Below, piece by piece: positions 37,271-51,194 of a stretch of 64,000 nt of DNA. Location of the stretch: contig NW_027192191.1 of the NCBI RefSeq assembly GCF_041956535.1, positions 879,443 to 943,442 on the forward strand, in the 5' to 3' direction. The position numbers were made by a program, and so were the translations under genes. Origin of the DNA: Calcarisporiella thermophila CBS 279.70 (Eukaryota; Fungi; Calcarisporiellomycota). Position 1 is the stretch's first letter; each line of letters begins with the position of its first letter. The notes beneath the pieces are model-generated. The model was given only the letters and a program-made list of their open reading frames with translations. It had not been told where the DNA came from and did no database searches.

Positions 37271-38119
37271 ATAGTAAAAGGGCATATAAACGTTGGGGGG
37301 GGGAGGATTGAATAACTTGTACCTTACGAAAATCTGGGATGGTAAAACAATAAGTGCAACTTGTGTATAAATCACAATAGTTCGGGTATTACTGGTGAAA
37401 TATTGAAATTTGAAAAGAGCTGATTAAAAAAAAGGAGGTTGAGAAAAGCGTGGGCACATTTATATAATGTATGCATACTAGCCGTTAAGTGGATCAGCGT
37501 GTTTTCGCCGTAAAAGAATCTATTGCCTCGGCGAAGGAGGCTTACAGAACGCACAAAATGAAGAATTAAAAATATTCCATTTAAAGAATTATAGAAAAAT
37601 TGAATATTGTGGTGGAACAGATGGCTAGTAGAGCAAGTAGCTTGAGTGGTGAAAGTGTCATTATTACGAAACTTTCATCCCATATCATCATGCAGGAATC
37701 GTCCCCATTGATATCTGATTTACCTTCCTACCTGCAAAAGACTCTGTACGAAGCTATATTAATAAATTGGTAGATATATTTTATTCTATCATACACTATA
37801 AAGTACTCGACCAGTTGATTAAATAATTCAAAAAAGAAATTTAGAGTATGAATTAATATATCTTAAAAAAAGTTTGCTTTTCAAGCATAAACATGGTGAG
37901 AATATATTAAATAAAATATAACAAACTAAACTTCTTTTGAGATCAAGCAATGATTATTATTATACAAAAAATTTAGACGGAGTCAACTAACATGAAGTAG
38001 GGAAGGATCCTCTAGAAATTTCGACTCTAGTATAAAAGAACCGGAGAGCCATTCTGTGGTTTCAATTATACATCATTCCTCTAAAATGGCACCACACTAT
38101 TTTACCGTATTTACCTTCA

Positions 38120-39385
38120 TTATTCGCCGGCCAATTCTTCCTCAAATCCATAAACCCCATAATCAAATACTTCAAACCACGTTAAACGTTCGCTTAGCTT
38201 ACCACGATGTACGGCGGCAATGCACCGGCGCTCATCGAATGCCAGTTGCCACACACCTTGTACGTTGGTCAACAAATCGCACACGTGTTGCCCCGTAGAA
38301 ATATCCCACATCTTGATCCCACCCTCTGCTCCAGATATTATCTTGGTGTCATCGTGCTGGAAACACGTGACAGCACTTCGATGCTCTTCGAGCACATGGC
38401 GACATTCATGGCTTTCCATGTCCCAAACCCGTAAGGTGCCATCTGCCGAAGCCGACACAATATAGTTACGGGACACCTCAAGTAAACCCACAAGGGATGT
38501 ATGGCCTTCAAGCGTTGCGAGGCAGGATCCGTCAAGTAGGCTCCAAATCCGTAATACACCTTCAAAAGAACCGCTTATACAAGCTCTGCGATCTGGTGTC
38601 ATTGCTACCGTGTATACTTTCTGGGTATGCCCTTCCAACACGAATTGACACGTGCCTGTTGCTAGGTCCCAAACCCGCAGCGTATGGTCATAGCTACCAC
38701 TGACAATCGTGTTTCCCATTACAGCAATGGTTCGCACAGAGTCTGAATGCCCAGTTAGTACGTGAAGCAAATGCGGGTCAGAGTCGTTAGGAAATTGAGA
38801 AGAATCATGCTCTTCAGTACACAGCCCATTGTCAATATCGGGAAGTTTCCATACACGAAGAGTTGTATCGCGCGAACCTGTCACAATTAATGGCATCGAG
38901 GGCTCCATGACACGAGTGCCATCGGGCTGCACAATTGCCGTGGGTAGACTTAATACCAAACAGCGAACCGTGCTGGTGTGGCCCCTGAAAACGTGTGTAC
39001 ATTTAGCCTGTTCAATATTCCAGACTCGAAGAGTGCGATCCGTTGAACCTGAGACCAGTATATTTCCATCGAATTGCAATGCCCATACTCCACCCTCATG
39101 GCCTTTAAGACGATTACGCAGACTACCGGTTGCGGTGTCATACACGTTGATGCAATTATCATCTGATCCAGAAATGATTTTGTCATTATCAAACTGCAGG
39201 CAAGTAACTAGGTTATTACTGTGTCCTTGAAACGAGTAGCGCTTAGCTCGACCCAAGGCCCAGTTGCGACGCAAAATGAATTCGCTATCAATGCAATTGA
39301 GCCCGTCATCAGATTTTTCACCCAATGCTTTGTGAGAACTTTGATCTTCCTTGTGCACTTTATTGATGGAAGATTTTTCACCCAT
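38120..39385 (-). CDS. Cdc4/Fbw7-like WD40 beta-propeller protein lacking an F-box; intronless
   Basis: RRNW...GH..VTCLQFDNDKIISGSDD, GHEGGVWALQ, GHTSTVRCL and LIVTGSRDTTLRVWKLP are Cdc4-type repeats. Only about 35 aa precede the RRNW helix. Confidence 0.8.
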   Translation of the reverse strand: MGEKSSINKVHKEDQSSHKALGEKSDDGLNCIDSEFILRRNWALGRAKRYSFQGHSNNLVTCLQFDNDKIISGSDDNCINVYDTATGSLRNRLKGHEGGVWALQFDGNILVSGSTDRTLRVWNIEQAKCTHVFRGHTSTVRCLVLSLPTAIVQPDGTRVMEPSMPLIVTGSRDTTLRVWKLPDIDNGLCTEEHDSSQFPNDSDPHLLHVLTGHSDSVRTIAVMGNTIVSGSYDHTLRVWDLATGTCQFVLEGHTQKVYTVAMTPDRRACISGSFEGVLRIWSLLDGSCLATLEGHTSLVGLLEVSRNYIVSASADGTLRVWDMESHECRHVLEEHRSAVTCFQHDDTKIISGAEGGIKMWDISTGQHVCDLLTNVQGVWQLAFDERRCIAAVHRGKLSERLTWFEVFDYGVYGFEEELAGE

Positions 39386-41359
39386 AGGTGCTAATTGATT
39401 CTAGGTAATGCTAGGTAATTCTAGCACTGAAACAACGGGATAAACGCGAGACGCAAAATCGGGATGCTTGGCACAGTCACAAAGTGGCGGAAATAGTACT
39501 CGCAATGTGAGGCTTATTAAAAATCTCTCGAGTTAGATGGCAGGTTTAAGGAGGAAAAAAGACAGGTAACAGCCGGAAAGTAAGGGTTATTTTAAAACTA
39601 ATTGAATAGAATGGAAGATCTATTGAGACGTTTAATTTTGGTCAAATAACATGAACAAGTCTCTTTTAAAACCTCTAAATGACTATCCACCTGGTAAAGG
39701 ATATTATCAATTAAATTGCCTGACACGAAACGAAATAGCCTATTAACTCTTTCGCTTCGTGTCTATAGCTATCTCTTGCTAAGTGAAGGATCAGCTTTGC
39801 AGCTATGCACGCTCGCTTGCACAGATAGACATCGCAGAATGATAGATGATTAGTAAACACGTGACAATGGTATTTGAATCATACATTACTTTAAACTCAG
39901 ACAATACGACGCCCCTATATCTATGTTTCTAAACACTCTGACTTCCACAATCAAAAGAGGGCGCTGAGTAAGGTTGATAATTGGCAGGTCTTGCTTAACC
40001 CCGCATCTGGCTTATTGCTTTTAATACCTATCTACTGAAACTGACAGAATGATTCTTCCAGTCAAGAACAAATATGAATTATTATGTCACCAGAGGCGAA
40101 CAGAATGTATTTGCGTCAGAAAAATAAGGAAAAAAAAATAAAAGAACAGCAACTATTGTTCATCGGTCACCTAAGGAACAAACATTTCTCTCGTTAGTAA
40201 TTAATCCTTACTAAGTTCTCCCCATTTTTGGGGCAGATTGAGAGAAGCTCTACTTATCAATTCAAAGTTATCACGCGCACCCTATTATAAGAAGGCGGAG
40301 TAATCAGGCGCAATCTATGCTAATGTTCGGATTTTTGATTGGAATGAAGTATTTCTGCTATACCTGTGTGTATAAAAGATAGGTAATAAGGAGGTGGGCG
40401 AGTCGAACCATAGCATTCTAGACGATCTCTTTGCTTAATCTTGCAGGTGCCCGCTATCGATCACTAGCCTACCCCTCTTGATAGGGTCATTACTGCTTCT
40501 AAACAATGTGTTTGTGAGCTGTGTATTTTTGGCAGAGACACGAGATCCCGACTGTTTTTTATGCTGTTGCTAGAAAAACTTTCGATACCTTGCGTAGGAA
40601 AGAGGGATTTTTCTTAACCCAATATCTTATGAAAACATAGCATAGAGACTAAAAGCATTCGTTTTAAACCTATATTTTAATTAAAAAACTAAGCAAGCGG
40701 TGATTATCCGACAGATGAGTCTTTTCTTCTTTTTTCTCACGTCTTTCTTTCCATTCTGCTGCATATCAACTTTGTAAAATAACTCAGGGAAAATGTGGCT
40801 CATCGCTGGATGGATCGTACTAGGATAAGTCACCATTTCAATGCCTACTGTTTTCAATGCTCTCAGTTTATTCCATAGTCAATATCTCTCTTTAAAAAAA
40901 ATCATACGAGCTTCACCCAGCATAAGCATTAGAGCCATTGTTTCTTTCAGGTGCTTTTTTACCATAAACTGTTGGATTCCTCGGATATATATGCTTGGGC
41001 TATCCAATCGAATGGCCTGGAAGTCATGTATGGACTGGGGAATTGTTGCCAGCTAGCCACTAGCCAAGGTTGCCCCACCCCATTCAACGCCATCTATAGA
41101 GAAGAAGGTTTGCGAAGTCATGACGTTGCCATCACCTCCCCTCATCCTCAGCATTAATAAAGGGATATAGGAAATTCCTAGAATCCTTGGTAGGTAAGCT
41201 AGCTAACCCTAGGTTAGAAACATCAGTTAAACTTAGAGAATTTACATCAAAAGTTTTATTAGCGGCATCTTCGATAGAATTCTCGTTTAAACAAGCACCC
41301 GGTTAAACTCTTTCAGTGCATTACAAAAACGGGGAACGTGATCTTTTAGCGAAAAAAGC

Positions 41360-41366
41360 TATAAAA
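41360..41366 (+). promoter_or_regulatory. TATA box of the metallothionein gene
   Basis: TATAAAA about 110 bp upstream of the ATG, followed by a pyrimidine-rich tract. Confidence 0.5.
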
Positions 41367-41473
41367 GCCAGCCTCTCTCTCCATCCAAGGGCCTCTTCTC
41401 CACCCTCTCTCAATCCTCCAGCAACAACCCACCCTTGAGACTTTCAACAGTAACAACAAGAGAAATTACAACC

Positions 41474-41623
41474 ATGCAAAACACCTGCCCTTGCAACCGA
41501 TGCGGCTCCAACTGCCAGTGAGTATAGAACGCTGTAAGATCCGGATTCACTTTACTTACCTTTACCCCTTCTCTTCCAAATAGATGCACCAGCGGAAGCT
41601 GCGCCTGCGGATGCTGCAAGTAA
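41474..41623 (+). CDS. Metallothionein (27 aa, 9 Cys); exons 41474-41517 and 41584-41623
   Basis: Spliced product MQNTCPCNRCGSNCQCTSGSCACGCCK*. The intron runs GTGAGT...TAG (41518-41583); CxC and CC motifs. Confidence 0.88.
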
Positions 41624-43727
41624 TTGGCCCAAAGACGAATGGAAACATGCGTTGCCGTTAGTCCTAACCCATAAATTGAGAAATCTCTTCCCAGTACGAA
41701 CACAATAGGGAACCCATCATTAACTTTATATACTATATAAATATGTGTTGAGTGTACACCATTCTTCCATAATACTTTATCTATCCGTGAATAAATTGTA
41801 TTGCAGGGAATAACATCGCATCTCAAACCATATTCAACCCATCAGACATCCTCCACTCTACGCTCTCCCTACAACTTCGTCCAGGCATCCTATGCTTTCG
41901 ATGAAATATACTGTTGAACTAAATAGATCGCCGAAGGTTGAATTTTACTCCCTAGTTTGTACAATGTAACCATTTTCCATCCACGTGCTCAAGCATAGCT
42001 GTCGAGAATGTTGTTATTTATTCGATCAATATAGTGCGAGGTTTGCTTAGTCCAAACCTTTTCTCAAAGTAAATTCTAAACGTGATCCTCAAAGCTGATA
42101 TTAACGAGATTTAAGATTTCCTTTCCCACAAGGATCTCAAACTAAACTATCCCTTTAAACATACGTTGCGAGATACTTACCCCAGCAACAATTGTGTTGC
42201 TTATTCAACGTGATATTTATCCTCATTCTTAACCTTGAACCCATCCCATTTTAAGTAGAGATGCCTATAACAGTTACTCATGTGGTTACTACGCAAATAT
42301 GATTTAATCAAATGGCAGGGGTAGAGATATAATTTTAGAAAGCAGCTCTTTGTAAACCAACATTGATTTTCTGCTATAAAGTATATTCCTTTATTCCTTG
42401 CCTAGAGCGCTGATACAAAATCGTTAACCTTGTTTCAAATTTTCCAAATGAAAAGCAGGAAGCCAGCTTGCAAACAATATACGAAACGACTCGTTCTAAG
42501 TACAAACCATTCCACGAGCAGTGTTTGTACGGTATAGCGTGATATATCACAAAATTCGTGTGGAAAACTTTTGCATAATCTGGTTGGGCGTTGCTACAAG
42601 AAAGTATAGCCAAAATGTCGCTCCACCTAGGGAAGGTCTAGAAAAAAATGAGACTTGAAATGTTGAGTTTCCTTTATTTGGCCCATACCGATGAAAGCTA
42701 AACATGGTTCGCATTGAGTTACCATGTCAGTTCTTGCAGCTGTTTATTGTACATGTAATACAGGATCCAGTAGAGCCTAGAACTTGCTGTAAATTCTGAC
42801 CGATGCTCATCTGCAACCATCTTCTAGGCCAAATAACCCAGATCTCAACTTATCGCCAATATCACTTGATATTGAGACTGAACAATTCTTCATATAAGAT
42901 TCAAAAACCCAGCCTCTCGAATAGATTATTAGTATAATGGCACTCACTCCCGGACCCTTAGCCATAACGGCACCGATCCACATCTATACCTAAACTGCGG
43001 TATGTTACTAAAAGGGGCTTTACTGCATTTCTTGTGCTTGCATTTCTTGTTGTGTCATATAAGCTTGGCTTTCTTCGCATCTCGCTATAATTCAGTGATT
43101 CTCACGAACTCCATGATGACACAACAAATAAAATCCACGCAGAGATATGCAAACCGTGATAGTGCAGATGCCAAGAAAGTGGATGCCCTACCTTATCGAT
43201 TTGATAACTTGGCACACCGAAGAGACTCAGGAGGAGTCATCTTTTCATCCATTTGTATCCAGGCCGAACAATGATAACACAAAAGTTGGAGAGTTTTCAA
43301 ACAAGTCGCTTTCTAACTTCTCTCAAGCAGTTGGTCGTCGATAACGATCCATAGCCTTTCCAAGACTTTCGTTATCGATGAAGGAAAATGAGGTGACACC
43401 AAAAAGAGCTCCAGTGTCCTGTAATGACCTCTATACCGAGATCTTGCGACAGAGTCGATCTATGAGCGTCCTTTGGATTTCAGTTATAGCATGCAAACAA
43501 AAAATTATAAAATAATGCTAAATTATTGATAATCATTTTTACTCATATAAAAGGGAGGAAAAAAAAAAGACATACAGAAAGTGGTTTGTGTTATGTATTC
43601 ACACACCGTACACTAAAACAAGAGCAAAGACATAAAAAAACTAATACCTAATACTAAAAATCATTTCGACCATATATATACTTTCCATATATAATGGCGC
43701 AAAAAAAAAGAAAGATATCAACACAGC

Positions 43728-44507
<780 letters not shown>

Positions 44508-45677
44508 TGCAACTCAGTTTTCCGAGATATATGCTTTTGTTTGTTTTGATTTGAATGAGATGGAGTGATGTGATGGCGGCGTGGGTATTGGGGGGGGAGG
44601 TGATGGGGGGTGACGCTTTTTTGAAAAATTTTGAAACGCAGCTGCCGCAGCGCGCGCAACCGTGTGACGTCAGCTGGAACTCGGATACTAATCGCATGGA
44701 CGATAGTGATGCATCTTGGCTCACCCCCCCCGTTGATTTCGTTATCTAATTTACATTTCGCCATAATTTCCATGGCTGTCGCAGTGATCTAGTGTCTTTT
44801 CCACAATTTCATTGGCAATTCTCCCTCTACAAAAATGGGAAAAATTCAATTAGGATCTGTCTTATTTAGAAATTGGATTCCGGAGCGGCCATACCTTCAA
44901 AAAGCAAAAGGAAAAGCGGGGGGAGGGTGGTGTTGGTTAAGGAACGGAGAGGTTGTCTTAAACCACGGCATGTTTGCCGATACTTGCCCACGAAAAAGGA
45001 GATAGATGTTTAGCCTCCACTGATGAGCTAATCTTACGTGCACGTTGTCCCCCCTTGTTGACATCACACCATCGCAACGCGACCACAGAGTTACTTTGAT
45101 TTTGAACTTTGGAAAAAGGTTTAATACCGGAAAACTTAGCGCCGGGAATCACAGAAGTTAAGGGAAGCAAACAGCAGAGAGGGGACTCCGTCCGCGGCCA
45201 TTGGCGGATGCATTGGAGGTCTTGGCGAGGATTGAACAAAATTGAGCAATCAAGTATACAGAATTCTAACTCTGCTGTCTTGGCCAAACTAGGCAAAATC
45301 GCGGAAGAATTTGCGCGTCCCACCTACCGCGTATAGATCGCTCAACGATGATTATTAATCGAATTCTACAGTAATTGCAATTACTGCTCCATTTCAGGGC
45401 CCAACGCAAAACCCAATCATGCCTTTCCAAAGCCGTTGGAACATCATCGAAAGTGAAATGGATTCTCCCAGCTTGGAATAGCATCTCCCCCTTCCACGCT
45501 GGAATGAAACCCGCTTATCTTAGCCCTATCCAATTTTAGATGCACAATTGTAAAACATTTCTCTATTTATGACCTCGAATCGTTGTAGCTATTTAAGCAC
45601 TGAATTTTTCCTCGAGGGGGGAACTAACGTTTTTTACTCGACATCTCTTTTTCATCTCTCTCTCTGAACAACCCATC

Positions 45678-46842
45678 ATGTCTTTAGGCCGCGCATTCAA
45701 ACTCAACACTGGATCCTTAATGCCTGCCGTTGGGCTCGGTACTTGGCTGTCAAAGGTATAATAAAGCCGGATAGAGGACGTCACGTGTAATGGAATGGCT
45801 ACTAATGAATGTTGATGTTCAATAGCCCAATGAAGTCCAACATGCCGTAGAGGTCGCCCTCGAAGCAGGCTACCGTCATATCGACTGTGCTCATGTCTGT
45901 AAGTTTCGAAAGTTTTTGCAGAATGCATTCGAATGTGAAGCATATTAACAAACTAATATTCTGCAGATGGCAATGAGAATGAGGTGGGTCTTGCCCTCAA
46001 AAACCAGGCAAGCAAGGTTCCCCGAGACAAAATTTTCATCACTAGCAAACTCTGGAACTCTTAGTAAATATTGAATTTTTTTTCTTATTTTTTTTTTCCG
46101 ACATACTAACCAATGGAACCACTTTAGTCACCGTCCAGAACACGTAGTAGAAGGATTGAACAAAACCCTGAAGGATCTCGGCACAGACTACCTGGATCTC
46201 TATCTCATGCATTGGCCGGTGGCCTTCAAGCCCGGAGACAGTCTCTTCCCCACCGACGAGAGCAAGCAAAGCGTCCTCCTCGATGACATCGATTTCACCG
46301 AGACGTGGGCGGCAATGGAGAAATTGGTGGAAACGGGCAAGGTTCGCTCGATCGGCGTGTCCAACTTCAACATTCCCCGGCTCGAGAAGCTCCTAAAAAC
46401 GGCCAAGATCGTGCCTGCCGTGAACCAGGTCGAACTGCATCCCTACCTTCCTCAGGAGGAGCTAGTGGCCTACTGCAACCAGAAGGGAATTCATGTCTCG
46501 GCTTACTCTCCTCTCGGAAACAATCTCCGTGGGATGAAGAAGGTGATTGATGAGGAGGTGGTGGTTGAAGTTGCAAAGAAGAACAACAAGACTCCTGCTC
46601 AAGTGTTGATCTCATGGGCGGTGCAGCGCGGGACCTCGGTACTTCCAAAGTCGGTGACTCCCGATCGTATCCGCAGCAACTTCGAGGACTTCGTGCTTTC
46701 GGACGAGGATTTCGCGGCCCTCAATGCCTTGAGCAAGGGCAAGAACATTCGCTATTGCATTCCGTGCACTTTCAATCCCCGTTGGCCGGTGAATGACGTT
46801 TTTGGGGACGATTTAGAGCAGGCTAAGAAGATGGATAACTAA
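45678..46842 (+). CDS. Aldo/keto reductase (Gcy1/Ypr1-like)
   Basis: MPAVGLGTW, GYRHIDCAHVY, FITSKLWN, DLYLMHWP, IGVSNF, NQVELHP and LPKSV; several short introns. Confidence 0.92.
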
Positions 46843-47419
46843 GGCTGTAAAATGAATCGATCGACATGAGTGGCGGAACGACTTGCCCAAACTCAGGGTA
46901 TGCCGCAAGGTGTCCCCCTGTTGTTGTTTAGATATTTTGCTGTTTTACTGATGTCATATTGCTTAGAAGATGCACTCGGAGCTTGACCAGAGATTTGAGT
47001 CATTTTCTGATTTTCTATTCCTATTGAAACCCATCTTTATTTATTTGACCCTCGCTAATCATTTAAGATTATATGGTCCACCCGCTGAATCGTTACTATA
47101 CAGTTGTATACTAATAAAATAAAAAATAGTTCTCAAACTTCCCATATAGCCACTCGATACAATTCAATTCAACCCAAAAGGGTTACGGAGGCCAGCAATC
47201 ATCTTAACTCCTAGCCATGAGGCCCACCGAGAAGAAGGCCGACCTTTTCACCCGCCAAAGATTAGGTTAAACGATTTCTCTCGAAATCAATCGAGAGAAG
47301 ATATTATCCTTACTCATTAGATTGAGGCAATTAATGATTCGTCAATTCGGCTATTTAAGAACCCCCACGAAATTGTCCGAAAACCCAAAATATGGGATGT
47401 CAATTTATTTCATTATAAC

Positions 47420-47770
47420 AGTGTAAAGGAACGACTTCGAGTTGAAAATCGTTATGCTCGACTTACTCCGAACTAAAATACCGCCTTATCATTTAGCTGT
47501 TTTTTTCATTTTATTACTTTCAATAATGCAACTATTGTAGTTTAGAGTCTTCTTAAACAATAAAGACTCATTATTGAATGATATAAAATAGTGTAAAGGA
47601 ACGACGAGTTTTCTATTTATTCATCCAAATAATACAATAGATTTCCAGATGTCCCTAGTTACTTTTACTACGTGTAAAGCTGTATTCATCAAGAAGTCAT
47701 TTTTCAATAATGCTTTCCACTGTAATTCAACTCCAAACTCTCCTAAAAGATGACTCGTCTAAATGATAAA
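47420..47770. repeat. Degenerate tandem duplication (unit about 170-185 bp)
   Basis: agtgtaaaggaacgac at 47420 and 47590; tttcaataatgc at 47518 and 47702; gactc...aatgata at about 47566 and 47752. Confidence 0.55.
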
Positions 47771-48022
47771 TCTTGAATATCCATTCTTGGATAATTTTCA
47801 AGTCAAGGGCCTTGGGATTCGCGCCTTATTTGGTGTTTCTTGTTCTTCGGGTGTATTTCGGATATGACGATAGAAAATAGACGGTTTCCTTTTATAATTT
47901 ATTGCTTCATTAATCACCTTTGTGCCATCTATGAATTACGTGTTATCTAGCCTATGTGTATTTATAAAAGGCGGTAAGAGAAGCTGAGTAAATTATCTAT
48001 ATAAAATTTATTGCATCACAAC

Positions 48023-49168
48023 ATGTCGCAACAACTCCTGCTCCCCGATGGTACTCATCTCTCATACCGTGTGCTGGGTGAAAATACTAAAGCACTCCCG
48101 CTGATAATGGTTAGAATTCAATAATGTCATATTTTCATGGCCACACCTAATTTATCTCTACTGCATTCCTCGAATAGATCTGTGGATTGTAAGCATCTGC
48201 TTCTCCCAATTTATTGGATACTATTTTTTTTTTCATTCATTCTGCTATTTAGAGCAATGTCAAAGGATGAATGGTATCCATCTTGTGATGGTAAAAGCGA
48301 TACAGTTAAATTACTTCCAATGATTCTAACCTTAGGAAACCGTGATATAAAATGCTTTAGAACTGGCAAAGCATCGTCAAGTCCTTATCTTCGACAACCG
48401 TGGAATCAATGAATCCACTCCTATACCCGATTCTTCTTTTACCATGGAGATCTTGGCACAGGATACTATTTCACTCGCGAATCATTTGGGTTGGAGGGAC
48501 GTAGGGGTGCTTGGCTTTTCCATGGGTGGAATGATTGCCCAAACTCTGGTTACTAGATTAACGGGAGCTCTTCGGGTACAGAAATTAATATTAGTGTCGA
48601 CGTATGTTGGAATACAGTCCTTTAGATCATGAGCTATTCCCTTCTCCGTTAATTCCTCGTACTGTGTTGATTTTTTTTTAAAAAAAATAGCGGCCCTTCG
48701 AAAAGCATATGCATGGAGTTTTTTAGACTCTTATTTGTGGGCACGGATATTCTCGTGTCAAGTAATCCTGACCCCTCCAAACTGGACAGCTATTCGCGTG
48801 AACTCTTCATCATAGACTTTACCCCGCAGTGGGTAGCGGAGAATTCTGAAACCATCGATTTGAAATATACCGAGTATTTCAAGCTGCCGCGCCCGGAACA
48901 TGTTGTCCTAAGGCAAATAGAGGCGGCAAAGCAGTTCGATGTCAGGGAAGAATTGCCCAAACTCAACATTCCTACTTTGATTTTACAAGGAGATTGCGAT
49001 CAAGTCATGGGTGTTGAGGACAGCCGATTGATGCATCGCCTTATCCCCAATTCTCGCTATCTGCTCTTACCCGGGATAGGGCATGACATTTTCACCATGC
49101 ATCCCGAAATCTTACGCGAGGTGGACCAGTTTTTGTGCGGAAAAGAGGCTTCTGGAGAGACGCTATGA
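48023..49168 (+). CDS. Alpha/beta hydrolase (enol-lactonase/esterase-like), multi-exon with an 11-nt micro-exon
   Basis: Splices to ICGLAMSKDEWYPSCDELAKHRQVLIFDNRG; nucleophile elbow GFSMGG, PTLILQGDCD and GIGH. Confidence 0.85.
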
Positions 49169-49429
49169 AGATATCAGAAGACTGTGCTATGCTGTGCCAA
49201 TCATAAATATAAATAAACTCGCACTTTGAATAAACTGGAATAATCAAAAGATTGGCCAAGGCCAAATTAATTCCACGCCTAGTACATAGCCGAAATTTTG
49301 AAGCCGAATTTCTCGGCGGTGTAACTTCGCTGCTTAAGATTTTATTTTTATTGATTAAACTTGAGCAAATTTTAATAACTACAGTCGGAAACAAGTGTAG
49401 CAAGTAATAAATATAGATGCGGGGTAACT

Positions 49430-49827
49430 TTATTTGGGGATAAAGGCGCAGAGCTGAGTAAGCTGTGACGACTCGCCTTGAGGAATGGACTTGGCAATGG
49501 CGGGGCAGCCCTTCAAACAGGAATCAACGGATGTCGAAAGAGTCGCGTCTTGGCAGAAGCATTTAGCGAGATCCATAAGCATGCCAATGTCGTCCTGGTT
49601 CTGAACGGCAACAGGGGCGCATTTACGGAAAATTTGGAAGACTAGAGCAATAAAACACAGCGTTAATTATCCAAGAGGCAAGCGTTCTTAATGTGGAATG
49701 GCGAGAACTCACCTCCATGGCATTGAGTGATGTCGCAGCTGATCTGGCGCGACTCAACGGGAGAGGCAAGGACAGCCGGGGCCACGGCAGCGGCAACGGC
49801 GGCAGCGAGGAGGGAACGGAAGTTCAT
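49430..49827 (-). CDS. Small secreted 8-Cys CFEM-like protein (108 aa); exons 49827-49713 and 49641-49430
   Basis: Signal MNFRSLLAAAVAAAVAPAVLA-SPVESRQ; Cys pattern C-x4-C-x9-C-x19-CFC-x12-C-x3-C-x18-C; GTGAGT...TAG intron; TATAAAA about 80 bp upstream. Confidence 0.8.
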
Positions 49828-51194
49828 GATGAGTGATGAGAATGAGTCTTGATGCTACGACCTGAGAATGTCGATGAGAACAGGCAGAATGGAGCGACCT
49901 TGGCCTTTTTATATTGCCGCGGAATTCCAAGCGCATTCGTAGCTTTAGGAATCATGCGCGCGAACCACAAACACCTGTGTAGCATCTTGGGAGATGAGGC
50001 GCGGAAGTTAACACGGAATAAGGTGCGTGTGTTCATTAGTCCCATTACTCAGCCGAGGCTATTTTAAACACTTTCCACGGCTGCCTTGACTCACCCGACG
50101 TATGAGCCGCTCTCCGCCGCCGCCATCTCCATCCCTTGGCAATCACGTTTCTTGGCCGGCCGCATGCATGGGGCTTTTCCCTCTCGCCCGCCGCCCTTGC
50201 ATTGAGGGCCTCTCGCCTAAACATAGCGCTCTGCGCTTGATCTGATTGCTCCGGGTTCAAACTCCGCATAATCAACGCGGTGTAAAAATAACCGTTTCCC
50301 GGCTCTCTGCAGAATTTTTCTAGAAACCTCCTCGGATCTATTTTTACGCTTCTGTGCAAGCACATGGAATGCACGGCTGTATTCATCCCACTGTATAGGC
50401 AGGCTCTGGGGACTCGGGGAGTGGCACTGGCATCGACGGCAGCGACTTCTCTAGAGTTACACTGTAGCTGATGTAATGAGAAATCGGTTGGGAACCAACT
50501 GCTCTAGTCCCTTTATCATATTCAATCTTGGCTGGATGTGGCTAACCGAAACCGGCGCCTCCCATCAACTATGCTCATGATGCATGTCAAAGAAAATCTA
50601 ATACTTCCGTTGGCGGGATACATGAGGCTAGACTCCACGCTGGTGGATAATGGATACGCAAGTCCCGCTAAAACAGTGAAGAGCGATTTTTTTTGTTTTA
50701 GTGAACCTTGTTCTTATTTTTTGTGGCAGAAAACAGATCATGATGACCAAGCGTAGGAACATTGTTTGAAGATTGAAGCACAAAGATTTGTGCTTGCACC
50801 CCTCTTTACTTTAGCTAAGATCAGCACTGGCCCGAAATGGAGAGCTGATTCAAGATTTTGAGACTTTATTTCTCCCATCCATCGTTGAATTTAAACTCGT
50901 CCACCTGGAATGGTGCGCAATTCTATAGCGCTTTTTATGCTCTTAAATACAATATACATGAAACAAGGTTCCGACATTTGCATGAGCTATATTTGAAATT
51001 TCCGGAACATTCGCCCCCCCCCCCCCTACACCATCAATAGTAGAATAGTTTTTTCTTTCAACCATTCTATTATTGATTGCTAGCTGAACATTACCTAGTT
51101 GAAGGTCGAATTGGTATATATGAAAATTGACGTCACAAACGCGAAAAAATAAATATCATAAAAAATAGCAGTCACTCTCACATTAGTATCTTTA

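Noticed and set aside
43002-43344. Signal-peptide-like ORF MLLKGALLHF...
   Set aside because: No recognisable domain or consistent splice model; the hydrophobic start may be intron-like T-rich sequence.
48336-48360. Apparent in-frame stop in the alpha/beta hydrolase
   Set aside because: Using the acceptor at 48360 with the GAT G|GTAAAA donor removes it and gives an intact frame.
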